A DNA stretch of 64,000 nt, taken from the NCBI GenBank assembly GCA_045611965.1, contig JAZKYE010000012.1, positions 68,204 through 132,203 on the forward strand. Direction: 5' to 3'. The notes below the pieces were generated by a model. That model made no database searches, had not been told where the DNA came from, and saw only the letters and a list, made by a program, of their open reading frames with translations. Each line of letters begins with the position of its first letter. Position 1 is the first letter of the stretch. The translations under genes and the position numbers were made by a program. Of this stretch, positions 45,944 through 55,988 are shown one piece after another. The DNA comes from Eubacteriales bacterium (GTDB lineage: Bacteria > Bacillota > Clostridia > Oscillospirales > CAG-272).

Positions 45944-48900
45944 CTAATAACTCCTTTTGTCTTGCTTCAATTTCACCCACATCAAGCTCGATAGCCTGAG
46001 AAATACCGCGTTGAGGCATCGTTACACCGTAAAGACGGTTTCCGACTTCCATCGTACCGCGTCTGTGAGTGATAAGAATAAACTGTGTATCGTCAGCAAG
46101 TCGTTTTATGTATTCTCCAAAACGGAATACGTTAACCTCGTCAAGCGCCGCCTCAATCTCGTCAAGAATACAGAAGGGCGTCGGGTTTACTTTAAGAATT
46201 GCGAACAGAAGTGCTATTGCAACGAAGGACTGCTCTCCACCTGAAAGAAGCGAAAGGCTCTTGATAATCTTACCGGGGGGCGCCGCCTTAATCTCAATTC
46301 CTGAGGTAAGAACATCCTCAGGCTCTGTAAGAATAAGCTCTGCGTTACCGCCGCCAAAAAGCTCACGGAAGGTAATGCCGAAGTTCTTATTTATCGCCTC
46401 AAACGAGGTTGCAAAGCTGATTCGCATCTCATCCTCGAGTCGGTTGATTATCTCTACTAACTCATCACGGGATTTTACGAGGTCAGCATACTGCTCTGCA
46501 AGCTTATCGTACTCAGCCTTAACCGTCTGATATTCCTCTACCGATTCAGGACGGAAGCCGCCTATTCTCTTCAGCTTTGACTTGGCAGAAGCCTGAATAG
46601 CTGCGATTTCATCACGGTTTTCAGCCGTAACCGCAGGATATCCGAGCGCAACTGCATCCTCGTAGGAAATTCCGTACTCGTCGAAGAGCTGTGCGCCGAG
46701 TCTGTCCTGCTTTTCAAGAAGTCCGTTTAGCTTATTCTCATCACGGATGGTAGCCTCGTAGCATACGCGCTGTCCTGCCGTCTTTTCATTAAGACGGCGT
46801 CTTATATCGAGCGAAACTCTGTCAAATTCCTCACCGCCAAGCTCTGCCTCACGGCGCTTTGCCTTTAGGTCCTCGAGCTCTGCGTTAAGAGCGTCACATT
46901 CGCTCTTATTCTGCGCCTTGGTTTCGTCAATTCCGCTCTTTTTCGAGTTGATTTCCTCAATTCTCGCATATTGAGACGCCTTATCCTGACTAAGCTCGGC
47001 AAGACGCTCGTCAATATTTGCTATCATTCGGTCAATACCCTCAATTTCCTTACGGGTTTCAACCGATTTTGTATAAAGCTCATTCGCTTTAAGGTTAAGG
47101 CTATCGCAGTTATCGTCAAACTCGCCCATAAGCTCTGAACGTCTTGCTCTGAAATCGCGAAGCGCCTCAATTCTTTCAAGCGCCGCCTTATAATCAATTT
47201 CGAGCGACCTGATTTCCTCTTCGGCAAGTGCCTGCTGACCGATAAGGTTATTGTAGTCGTATCGTAGTTTCTCAATTATATTGCGGTTTGCGTTAAGATT
47301 TGCATTTGCGTTATCAAGCGCCGCAAGCTGACTTCTTGAAAGCGTCAGTATTACCTCGCGCTCGGATTCTGCGTCGCGAAGAGCGGTATTTGCGCGCTTA
47401 AGCTCGGCGATAATCTCATCAATTGCCGCCTCGGTCTTTTCAATTTTTGCAGAAATCTCGTCAGCCTTCTCACGAAGGGTCGTAATCTCTGTAAGTCTTG
47501 AAAGAATACCGCTGTCGCGCTTTGCGCTACCACCTGTGAAGGCACCGCCCGCGTTAATTATCTGTCCGTCAAGAGTAACTATCTTGACCTTATATTTAAG
47601 CGCCTTTGCCGCAACGGATGCGTTATCAATATTATCAAATACAACCGTACGAAGAAGCAAAAACTGTATAATCGACCTATAGCTTGTTTCAACGTCAACT
47701 AGAGTATCAGCTCTGCCTACGAAGCCCTCAAAGCCCTTTGAGCGGATAATCTCGTCGGTTTCGGTCTGCGGTCTTATTGCGGTTATTGGATAGAAGGTTG
47801 CGCGACCTGCATTTGCGCTTTTAAGCGCATAAATAACATCCTTCGCGGTTGCCTCATCATCAACAACGATGTTCTGAAGGCTTGATCCGAGTGCAGTTTC
47901 GATAGCGAGGATATATTCCTTATCAACGTTGATAAGCGATGACAGAGGACCGTGGATTTTACCCTTTGTCCTAAGTCTGCCCTCGGAATACTCACGCATT
48001 ACATACTTGATGCTCTCACCGTAGCCCTCAAAGTGCTCGTTCATCTTCTGAAGCACGTTTGCCTTCTGCTCAAGAGCGTCACGCTCAAGCTTCTGAGTGT
48101 TAAGCAATTCAAGTATCTGCTGGCGCTCTTCTGAAAGAGTGGTAATCGTTTCGGTTTCGCTTGCGATTATCGCTTCCTTATCTGATATCTGCTCTTTGAA
48201 GCCTCTTGCGTTTTCCTCGCACCTATCAGCCTCAAGGCGAAGCTCTTCGCCCTCTTTCTCATACCTTTTTATTTCCTCTTCAAGGTCCTGCGACTTCGTA
48301 CCGTCAGACACCTTTGAGTTTTTAAGCACGTCAATTCTGACCTTAAGGTCAGTTGCCGCGTTTTCTTCAACGGTAAGATCGTCAAGCGCCTCGGTAAGCT
48401 CTCTTTTTATCTTTTCTATTTCAGCAGTTAGCTTCTGCACCTCAAGAAGAAGCTCAAGTCGCTTGTCAAGGTATTCAGAATCCTGTGCACCAAGCGCGTC
48501 GCGGGATTTCATATAATCCTCTCGTGAAGAGTTTACATTCGCCTCGCTGCGCTCAATTTCGCCTATTCTCTTCTCGCACTCTAAAATAAGCTCGGAAGAG
48601 TGAGAAACCTCGCTCTCTGCTATCTCAACGGCAACGTTAAGCTGATGTATCTTCTCATCAATTTCACGAATTTTCTCATAAATTCTTTGAGTATCAAGCT
48701 TATTTTGCTGTGCCTTGTTATATATATCGTCATTCTCGGCGTTAAGATCGGATATAGCCTGCTCAATGATATCAAGCTCGTGGCGAGAGAGCTTCAGGGC
48801 ATCTCTTGCCTTTTCTATATCCTCAAGTATCTGCTTGGTATCGTAAAGCCAGATGGACACGTCTGCGCGCTTCTTTTCCTCGTAGAGCGCAAGACCCTCC

Positions 48901-49544
48901 TTTGCCTTCTCTGCTTCCTTTTCAAGCGGACCGAGTCTGTCCTCATACATTACCTTGATATCGTTAAGGCGGTCAAGGTTGTCCTGCGTCTGCGAAAGCT
49001 TGCGCTCGGATTCCTCTTTCCTTTTACGGTATTTTGCAATACCTGCCGCTTCCTCAAAGATATTTCTTCGCTCTTCGCTCTTTTTGGAAACGATTTCAGC
49101 GACCTTACCCTGTCCTATGATAGAATAACCCTCACGGCCAACACCCGTATTCAGGAAAAGGTCAACGATATCCTTAAGTCTTTTCTTCTCACGGTTAATA
49201 AGATATTCACTTTCTCCGCCGCGGTATATGCGTCTTGTAACCACTACCTCATCAGCAGCGTTATCAAGCCTATGCTCAGGGTCGGAATTATCAAAGGTAA
49301 CGGAAACCTCGGCAAAGCCCATAGGACGTCTGTCGTCAGTACCGCCAAAGATTACGTCCTCCTTGGTAGTACCTCTTATGTTTCTGCTGTTGATTTCACC
49401 AAGAACCCAACGCATAGCGTCGGAAATATTCGATTTTCCGCTTCCGTTAGGACCGACTATTACCGTAGCACCACGCTCAAAGGTAAGAGTTGTTCTGTTT
49501 GGAAAGGACTTAAATCCGTGAAGCTCAAGTGATTTTAAATACAT
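45930..49544 (-). CDS. smc: Chromosome segregation protein SMC
   Basis: GPNGSGKSN; long coiled coils with a central hinge; LSGGEQSF; FCILDEIEAALD; 1204 aa. Confidence 0.97.
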   Translation of the reverse strand: MYLKSLELHGFKSFPNRTTLTFERGATVIVGPNGSGKSNISDAMRWVLGEINSRNIRGTTKEDVIFGGTDDRRPMGFAEVSVTFDNSDPEHRLDNAADEVVVTRRIYRGGESEYLINREKKRLKDIVDLFLNTGVGREGYSIIGQGKVAEIVSKKSEERRNIFEEAAGIAKYRKRKEESERKLSQTQDNLDRLNDIKVMYEDRLGPLEKEAEKAKEGLALYEEKKRADVSIWLYDTKQILEDIEKARDALKLSRHELDIIEQAISDLNAENDDIYNKAQQNKLDTQRIYEKIREIDEKIHQLNVAVEIAESEVSHSSELILECEKRIGEIERSEANVNSSREDYMKSRDALGAQDSEYLDKRLELLLEVQKLTAEIEKIKRELTEALDDLTVEENAATDLKVRIDVLKNSKVSDGTKSQDLEEEIKRYEKEGEELRLEADRCEENARGFKEQISDKEAIIASETETITTLSEERQQILELLNTQKLERDALEQKANVLQKMNEHFEGYGESIKYVMREYSEGRLRTKGKIHGPLSSLINVDKEYILAIETALGSSLQNIVVDDEATAKDVIYALKSANAGRATFYPITAIRPQTETDEIIRSKGFEGFVGRADTLVDVETSYRSIIQFLLLRTVVFDNIDNASVAAKALKYKVKIVTLDGQIINAGGAFTGGSAKRDSGILSRLTEITTLREKADEISAKIEKTEAAIDEIIAELKRANTALRDAESEREVILTLSRSQLAALDNANANLNANRNIIEKLRYDYNNLIGQQALAEEEIRSLEIDYKAALERIEALRDFRARRSELMGEFDDNCDSLNLKANELYTKSVETRKEIEGIDRMIANIDERLAELSQDKASQYARIEEINSKKSGIDETKAQNKSECDALNAELEDLKAKRREAELGGEEFDRVSLDIRRRLNEKTAGQRVCYEATIRDENKLNGLLEKQDRLGAQLFDEYGISYEDAVALGYPAVTAENRDEIAAIQASAKSKLKRIGGFRPESVEEYQTVKAEYDKLAEQYADLVKSRDELVEIINRLEDEMRISFATSFEAINKNFGITFRELFGGGNAELILTEPEDVLTSGIEIKAAPPGKIIKSLSLLSGGEQSFVAIALLFAILKVNPTPFCILDEIEAALDEVNVFRFGEYIKRLADDTQFILITHRRGTMEVGNRLYGVTMPQRGISQAIELDVGEIEARQKELLDGVL

Positions 49545-49559
49545 TAGTACCCTCTTTTT

Positions 49560-50576
49560 TTAATTGACTACCGATGCGAGAACTTCAAATTCCCTCATTC
49601 GGCATTCCTTAACTTTGTTGATTTTTATATTAAAATCGCAAAAAAGTCTTTCTCTGTTGCATCCCTTGTGACCTATCAGCTTCGAGGTCTGCCCGAATGC
49701 TACCGCAAGGTCAACTGATGCGCCACGTTTTATATGTTTTCTTTTAATTTCTTCTGCTAATCTTCGGTAATAAACCTCACCGAAAACAAGCTCGCCCATA
49801 GCAGGATGGTAAGGACCGCTGTGAAAATTCCCGTCACGCGTAAGTCCCTCGCTCTCACAAAGCCCTATTCTTAAAATTTTAATGCCGTGTGATAAAAATA
49901 CTTCAAGGGCGTTTGCCGAGCGATGCACAGCCTCATCAACAGACAACGGTGAGTACACACCGTTTGCAGTCATATCGCAAAGCTCTGTGCCCGAAAAAAC
50001 GAGAGTGGGATAAATTCTCGCTTCCTTAGCGCCAAGCGAGGCTATCATCTGTGCAGTAAGCACCTCGTCCTCTTCGCGTGATGACGGCAGTCCTATCATC
50101 ATCTGACCGCCAAAGGTCATTCCATGCTTGATAATAAGCTCTGCGGCAGCTTTTGTTTTATCAAAGGTATGTCCGCGCTTTGACGCGCAAAGCACCTCGT
50201 CGCAGGCACTCTGTACCCCAAGCTCAACGGTATCAAGGCCGTAATTTTTCAAGATGCAAAGCACCTCGTCGTCTATATAATCAGGCCTTGTTGAGCAACG
50301 GATGGATTTGATTTTACCCTCATCCTTATATTCCTTGGCTATTTCGAGAAGATTTATCATAAGGCTTCGGTCAATTCCCGTAAATGAGCCACCAAAATAT
50401 GCTATCTCGCACTCGTCATCAGCGCTTGTATATTTCAGCTGTGTATCAATAACTTTCCGCACACCTGATATATCAAACTCACCAGCACCCGATATAATCC
50501 TCTGATTACAGAAAACGCAGGTGTTAGGACATCCAAGATGAGGTATGAATATCGGAATATTTATATGCCGTGCCAT
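49560..50576 (-). CDS. Radical SAM protein of unknown function (conserved between rnc and smc in Clostridia, as far as I recall)
   Basis: IPIFIPHLGCPNTCVFCNQ (CxxxCxxC) at the N-terminus. TIM-barrel-length core, then a C-terminal ~90-aa extension. 1-nt overlap with rnc. Confidence 0.75.
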   Translation of the reverse strand: MARHINIPIFIPHLGCPNTCVFCNQRIISGAGEFDISGVRKVIDTQLKYTSADDECEIAYFGGSFTGIDRSLMINLLEIAKEYKDEGKIKSIRCSTRPDYIDDEVLCILKNYGLDTVELGVQSACDEVLCASKRGHTFDKTKAAAELIIKHGMTFGGQMMIGLPSSREEDEVLTAQMIASLGAKEARIYPTLVFSGTELCDMTANGVYSPLSVDEAVHRSANALEVFLSHGIKILRIGLCESEGLTRDGNFHSGPYHPAMGELVFGEVYYRRLAEEIKRKHIKRGASVDLAVAFGQTSKLIGHKGCNRERLFCDFNIKINKVKECRMREFEVLASVVN

Positions 50577-51286
50577 CAGAGCAAGCCAAAGAGCGAAAGC
50601 GCGGCGCGTGCCGCCTGCATTTGCGCGTCCTTTTTATTTGTAGCCGAGCCTGTGCCAACCGAATTGCCGTTGATTTTACATACCACGGTAAATACCTTGC
50701 TGTGTTCAGGTCCGGATTCATCGGTTATTATATATTCAAGGGTTGACTGCCCCTCTTTTTCAATAAACTGTTGAAGCTTGGTTTTGTAGTCGGTTTCAGG
50801 CATAGAATCCTGATTTTCAAGCTCGTCCTCAAAGAGTGAGCATATAATACCGCGCACAGACTTAGTCAGCATTGAGCCTGAATCGAGATAAATCGCGCCT
50901 ATTACAGCTTCAAGCGTGTCTGCAAGAATTTTCGGGCGTTCTCTACATTCGCCCTCCTCGCCCTTGCCGAGGTGAATATACTCGCCAAGCGAGATTCCTC
51001 TGGCAACCTTGTAAAGCGTTCTCTCACACACAAGATTCTGGCGAAGCTTTGTAAGCCTGCCCTCGGAATAATCCGAAAATCGTGAAAACAGTATGTCCGA
51101 AATTACAATTTCAAGAACGGCATCCCCAAGAAATTCAAGTCTTTCATTTGAGGGAAGGTTCAGCCCCTTGCTCTTATACTCATTCGCATAAGATGAGTGC
51201 GTGAGTGCCGTCTGTAAAAGCTCTTCGTTTGTAAAGCGGTAATTCAGTTTTGACAAAAGCGTATCAAAGCTTTTACCGATAGCCAT
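50576..51286 (-). CDS. rnc: Ribonuclease III
   Basis: NERLEFLGDAVLE signature; C-terminal dsRBD ...GSATNKKDAQMQAARAAL. Confidence 0.96.
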   Translation of the reverse strand: MAIGKSFDTLLSKLNYRFTNEELLQTALTHSSYANEYKSKGLNLPSNERLEFLGDAVLEIVISDILFSRFSDYSEGRLTKLRQNLVCERTLYKVARGISLGEYIHLGKGEEGECRERPKILADTLEAVIGAIYLDSGSMLTKSVRGIICSLFEDELENQDSMPETDYKTKLQQFIEKEGQSTLEYIITDESGPEHSKVFTVVCKINGNSVGTGSATNKKDAQMQAARAALSLFGLL

Positions 51287-51313
51287 ATTCCCCTCCCTGA
51301 AATTTAAAGTTTA

Positions 51314-52363
51314 TTATTCCTGCGGATCGGCAGGACCGAAAAGCTTATCTGCGTCTGCCAGAAGCTTTTTCTCGTCGTAATCCTCTGCAAAGCTTGAAAT
51401 ATCAGCGTTCATTCCCGTGTTTACGAAGAAAATCGCCTGTCTTATAGCATTCTTGATAGCCTTAGCATCCGACGAGCCGTGAGCCTTGATAACAGGCTTT
51501 GAGATACCGAGAAGCGGTGCGCCGCCGTGCTCAGATGAATCAAATCTATGCTTGATTTCACGGATTTTAGCCTTCATAGTAAGGGTTGAAACCTTGGTTG
51601 CTATATTAGTGCAAAGCACATCCTTAAGCAATCCCAAAAGGAACTTACCCATTCCCTCAACCGACTTTAAGAAGATATTTCCCGAAAATCCCTCTGTAAC
51701 GAGGACGTCACAAATTCCGAACGGAACATCCTTTGACTCTACGTTACCTACGAAATTAAGTCCACTCTCCGAAAGAAGCTGATAGGATTCAATCTGAAGG
51801 CTATTACCCTTGTTATATTCCGTTCCGTTGTTAAGCTGACCAACTCTGGGACGGTCAAGGCCGTAAATCTTTTCCATATACTTTGCGCCCATAAACGCAA
51901 ACTGAACAATATTGTCAGAGGTAACCGTGAGGTTAGCGCCCGAGTCCATAAGAAGCACAGGGCACGAAAGCGGAAGAATAGACGCGATAGCAGCGCGGTT
52001 GATGCCGGGTATACGCTTTACAACAAGTGTAGCGCCCGTAATAAGCGCGCCCGTATTACCGGCGCTAACGAAGGCATCACCCTCGCCTGCGGCGAGCATT
52101 TTAAGACCTACGTTCATAGAGCAGTCACGTTTTTCACGAACGACAGCCATAGGCTTGTCTTCCATAGTGATGACCTGACTTGCGTGTCTTATTTCAATGT
52201 TCCCGAGATTAAGCTCGTTGGTTACGATAGTGTCCGAAATAACATTCTCGTCACCGACGATAACAATTCTATGCTCCTTAAATTCCTCGGCTGCCATAAT
52301 AGCACCCTTAATTATTTCAAGCGGCGCGTTATCACCGCTCATTACGTCAAGTATAATTCTCAT
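51314..52363 (-). CDS. plsX: Phosphate acyltransferase PlsX
   Basis: MRIILDVMSGDNAP; GNTGA; HGGAPLLG. Start at ATG 52363; the listed 52393 is a TTG. Confidence 0.94.
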   Translation of the reverse strand: MRIILDVMSGDNAPLEIIKGAIMAAEEFKEHRIVIVGDENVISDTIVTNELNLGNIEIRHASQVITMEDKPMAVVREKRDCSMNVGLKMLAAGEGDAFVSAGNTGALITGATLVVKRIPGINRAAIASILPLSCPVLLMDSGANLTVTSDNIVQFAFMGAKYMEKIYGLDRPRVGQLNNGTEYNKGNSLQIESYQLLSESGLNFVGNVESKDVPFGICDVLVTEGFSGNIFLKSVEGMGKFLLGLLKDVLCTNIATKVSTLTMKAKIREIKHRFDSSEHGGAPLLGISKPVIKAHGSSDAKAIKNAIRQAIFFVNTGMNADISSFAEDYDEKKLLADADKLFGPADPQE

Positions 52364-52373
52364 AGTCAAAATG

Positions 52374-53708
52374 CTATATAACGAGTCCGTCAATTACATT
52401 AAGCGATCGCTCTGCATACGCCTCGTTTCTTTTAGCCTTGCCTCCTTTTATTTTTTGACCGAGGGGGGCTATGATGCCAAAATTGGCATTCATAGGCTGA
52501 AATTTTTTGCTCATTCCGCCCTCTGATACATACGCGCCAAGCGCACCGATAACCGTTTCGCGCGGGAATATTATCTTATCCTTGCCAAGCGCTCTCATGG
52601 CAGCATTAACACCGCACACAAAGCCTGAGGATGCGCTCTCAACATAACCCTCAACACCTGTCATCTGACCTGCGAAGAAGATATTTGGCATACTTTTCAT
52701 CGAATAATCACATTCGAGAATTCCGGGCGAATTAATATATGTATTACGGTGCATAACGCCGTATCTGAAGAATTCTGCATTTTCAAGTCCGGGAATAAGC
52801 CTGAAAACACGCCTTTGCTCTGCAAATGTGAGGTGCGTCTGAAATCCGACGAGGTTATACATAGTACCCTCGACATTCTCGCGTCGAAGCTGTACGGTAG
52901 CAAACGCGTCCTCGCCGGTTTCGGGAAGCGGCAGACCTACGGGCTTCATCGGGCCGAAGCGAAGAGTATCGTAGCCTCTTGACGCCATAACCTCAACGGG
53001 CATACAGCCCTCAAACACCGTAAGCTCCTGTTCCCTTTTATCAAATTCCTTGAGCTCGGCCACCTCAGCACCTACAAGTGCCTCGTAAAAGACATCGTAC
53101 TGCTCCTTGGTCATAGGACAGTTAAGGTAATCGGTAGGATCACCCTTTCCGTATCTTGATGCAAAGAACGCGATATCGGTATTAACCGATGCAAAATCAA
53201 CAATAGGCGCTGCGGCATCAAAGAAGTGAAGTCCGCTATCAAGCGTAAGCTCGCTTACGGTTTTAGCCATACCGTCAGAGGTAAGTGGACCTGTTGCAAT
53301 AACGGTAATCTCATCGGGATTTACAGTATAGCGCTCTTCTTCAATAACCGTAATATAAGGATTTGTTCTGATTTTCTCGGTTACATACTGCGAAAATTTT
53401 TCTCTGTCAACCGCAAGCGCCGCGCCCGCAGGGACCTGAGTCGCGTATGCAGCCTCGATTATAAGCGAGCCTAATCGCTTCATTTCCTCTTTCAGCAAGC
53501 CTACTGCGTTTGAAAGCTGATTTGAGCGCAAGGAATTTGAGCATACAAGCTCGCAAAAATTATCTGAATGGTGCGCGGGGGTCTTTTTTTTCGGCTTCAT
53601 CTCGTAAAGCGTGACATAAACGCCGCGCTTTGCAATCTGATACGCACACTCGCAGCCTGCAAGCCCCGCGCCGATTACTACTACTCTTTTCTTATCCATA
53701 TCAATCAT
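52374..53708 (-). CDS. trmFO: Methylenetetrahydrofolate--tRNA-(uracil-5-)-methyltransferase TrmFO
   Basis: VVVIGAGLAGCE FAD motif; CSNSLR; GQMTGVEGY.ES. Confidence 0.94.
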   Translation of the reverse strand: MIDMDKKRVVVIGAGLAGCECAYQIAKRGVYVTLYEMKPKKKTPAHHSDNFCELVCSNSLRSNQLSNAVGLLKEEMKRLGSLIIEAAYATQVPAGAALAVDREKFSQYVTEKIRTNPYITVIEEERYTVNPDEITVIATGPLTSDGMAKTVSELTLDSGLHFFDAAAPIVDFASVNTDIAFFASRYGKGDPTDYLNCPMTKEQYDVFYEALVGAEVAELKEFDKREQELTVFEGCMPVEVMASRGYDTLRFGPMKPVGLPLPETGEDAFATVQLRRENVEGTMYNLVGFQTHLTFAEQRRVFRLIPGLENAEFFRYGVMHRNTYINSPGILECDYSMKSMPNIFFAGQMTGVEGYVESASSGFVCGVNAAMRALGKDKIIFPRETVIGALGAYVSEGGMSKKFQPMNANFGIIAPLGQKIKGGKAKRNEAYAERSLNVIDGLVI

Positions 53709-55953
53709 TGGTTATATCTTCTGCTCGGATATAATCACAGCCCTTGTTTTTGCAGATAAGCGCGGACTTTGACTTTCTGAAATACAAAATCTCGCCGCAC
53801 CTCGGGCACTTTTCATTCATAGGTCTATCCCACGAGGAAAAATCACATTCGGGATATCCTGAACAGCTATAAACCAAGCTGTTTTCCTTGGTATATCTGC
53901 CGACGAGCTTGCGCTGACATTTAGGACAGTTAACATCGAGCTCAACCGTCTTTTGCTTGGTGAACTTACATTTAGGATAGTTTGAGCAGGCATAGAATAC
54001 TCCGAACTTTCCGCGACGCTCAACCATTTCAGAGCCGCAAAGCTCACACTTGAAGCCTGCAAGCGTAGCCTTCTTTTCCTCTCGTTTAAGCGGCGCGCCA
54101 TCCTTATCAACAGCAACGGTGCTCTTGCATTTAGGATAGTCAGGGCAAGCGAGGAAGCGACCGAAGCGGCCCGTCTTGTAAACCATCTTCTTTGAGCAAA
54201 GAGGACAGTCGTACTCACTCTCCTGAAGAGGCATTTTCGAGGATTTTTCCTTACTGCACTGAACGGCTTGCTCTATTTCTCTCTCAAAGCGCTTCCAGAA
54301 CTCGCCGATAACCTCTACTATAGTTTCCTGACCGTTTTCAATAGAGTCAAGCGAATTTTCCATAGACGCGGTAAACTCGTAGTCAACAATTTCGGGAAAA
54401 TGCTCCTTCATAAACGAGGTGGTTATAGTACCAAGCTCTGTGCCAACGAGTGTTTTTCCGTCGCGACGAACATAGTCACGCGAAATAATAATAGAAATTA
54501 TAGGCGCATAGGTAGAAGGTCTGCCAATGCCGTTTTCTTCAAGGAACTTAATAAGCGATGCCTCAGTATATCTTGCGGGTGCTTCGGTAAAGTGCTGCTG
54601 ATGAACAACGCTATCACAACGAAGCGTCTCACCGCGCTTAATTACGGGAAGCTTCGCCAGCTCTTCATCCTCAGAATCCTCATCGTCAACACCGTAAACC
54701 GACATATAACCGGAAAATTTAAGGGTATGACCGCTTGATTTGAAAATATAACCCGAGTTTTCAATGTCAAAGGACACCGTATCAAGCACCGCAGGCGCCA
54801 TCTGGCTTGCGATAAATCTATCCCAGATAAGCTTATAAAGCTTATACTGGTCGGCAGTGAGCGCGCGCTTTATATCCTTGGGTGTAAGAGTGATAATTGA
54901 CGGACGAATTGCCTCGTGCGCGTCCTGCGCTCCGGTACGCGTTTTAAAGACGCGAGCGCTGTCGGGAAGATAAGCCTCGCCATAATTTTCAAGAATATAG
55001 TCTGATGCGATTTTCTGTGCATCGGCAGAGATTCTCGTAGAATCAGTACGCATATAGGTAATAAGACCGACGAAGCCGCCGAGTGCGGGTCCGAGATTAA
55101 GACCGTCGTAAAGCTCCTGTGCAACCTTCATAGTCTTGCTTGACTGAAAGCCAAGTCTTTTTGAGGCTTCCTGCTGAAGGGTTGAGGTTGTAAAGGGGGC
55201 TGACGGCTGCTTAAGCCTTTCCTGATGCTTTACGCTTTTTGCACAGAAATCACCCTGAGAAATCCTTGAAAGAACATATGAAGCCTGCTTTTCGTTTTCA
55301 AGTCTAATTTTTCCACTCTTGTCACCCCAGAGCTTGGCAATAACCGTATCGCCCGATGCCGAAGTAAGCGTTGCATCGACGGTCCAGTATTCCTGCGGAA
55401 CAAAATCCTTGATTTCAGTCTCGCGTTCAGCGATAATTCTCGCCGCAACCGACTGAACTCTACCGCCTGAAAGTCCGCTTCCAATGCTCTTCCACAGCAC
55501 CTGACTTAAATTAAATCCGACAAGGCGGTCGAGTATTCTCCTTGCCTGCTGTGAATTAACAAGGTCAATATCAATTTTTCTGGGATTTTTAATTGCCGCC
55601 TTTACGGCATTTTTTGTAATTTCATTAAAGCATACTCTGCACGCTCTGTCCTCCGGGATGCCGAGTTCCTTTGCGATATGCCAGGATATAGCCTCTCCCT
55701 CGCGGTCAGGGTCGGTTGCGAGAAATATCTTGGTTGCTTCCTTCGCGTCGCGCTTAAGGTCCTTGATTACATCGCTTTTGCCTCTGATATTGATATAGTG
55801 AGGCTCAAAGCCGCGCTCTACATCTATGCCGAGTGTGCTCTTGGGAAGATCTCTTATATGACCCTTTGATGCTACTACCTTGTAGCTTGAGCCGAGATAT
55901 CCCTTTATTGTATTTGCTTTTGCGGGTGATTCTACGATTACCAGATTCGCCAT
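53701..55953 (-). CDS. topA: DNA topoisomerase I
   Basis: TOPRIM LVIVESPAKA...ATDPDREGE; active-site TYMRTDS; four C-terminal CxxC...CxxC zinc ribbons. Confidence 0.97.
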   Translation of the reverse strand: MANLVIVESPAKANTIKGYLGSSYKVVASKGHIRDLPKSTLGIDVERGFEPHYINIRGKSDVIKDLKRDAKEATKIFLATDPDREGEAISWHIAKELGIPEDRACRVCFNEITKNAVKAAIKNPRKIDIDLVNSQQARRILDRLVGFNLSQVLWKSIGSGLSGGRVQSVAARIIAERETEIKDFVPQEYWTVDATLTSASGDTVIAKLWGDKSGKIRLENEKQASYVLSRISQGDFCAKSVKHQERLKQPSAPFTTSTLQQEASKRLGFQSSKTMKVAQELYDGLNLGPALGGFVGLITYMRTDSTRISADAQKIASDYILENYGEAYLPDSARVFKTRTGAQDAHEAIRPSIITLTPKDIKRALTADQYKLYKLIWDRFIASQMAPAVLDTVSFDIENSGYIFKSSGHTLKFSGYMSVYGVDDEDSEDEELAKLPVIKRGETLRCDSVVHQQHFTEAPARYTEASLIKFLEENGIGRPSTYAPIISIIISRDYVRRDGKTLVGTELGTITTSFMKEHFPEIVDYEFTASMENSLDSIENGQETIVEVIGEFWKRFEREIEQAVQCSKEKSSKMPLQESEYDCPLCSKKMVYKTGRFGRFLACPDYPKCKSTVAVDKDGAPLKREEKKATLAGFKCELCGSEMVERRGKFGVFYACSNYPKCKFTKQKTVELDVNCPKCQRKLVGRYTKENSLVYSCSGYPECDFSSWDRPMNEKCPRCGEILYFRKSKSALICKNKGCDYIRAEDITND

Positions 55954-55988
55954 TGTTTCCGATTGACCTTATCTTCAGCCTTTCATAC

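Noticed and set aside
48600-49532. A 310-aa ORF on the plus strand, plus many other long antisense ORFs: 56160-56933, 41008-41673, 58188-58826, 9249-9785, 18286-18837, 24618-25184, 12704-13207.
   Set aside because: Each lies entirely antisense to a confidently identified, motif-rich housekeeping gene (smc, dprA, leuS, rplT/rpmI, hflX, dnaE, tlyA, mrp). Their translations are low-complexity (S/L/R/K-rich) with no recognisable motif or RBS. Antisense frames of this kind often stay open opposite real genes.
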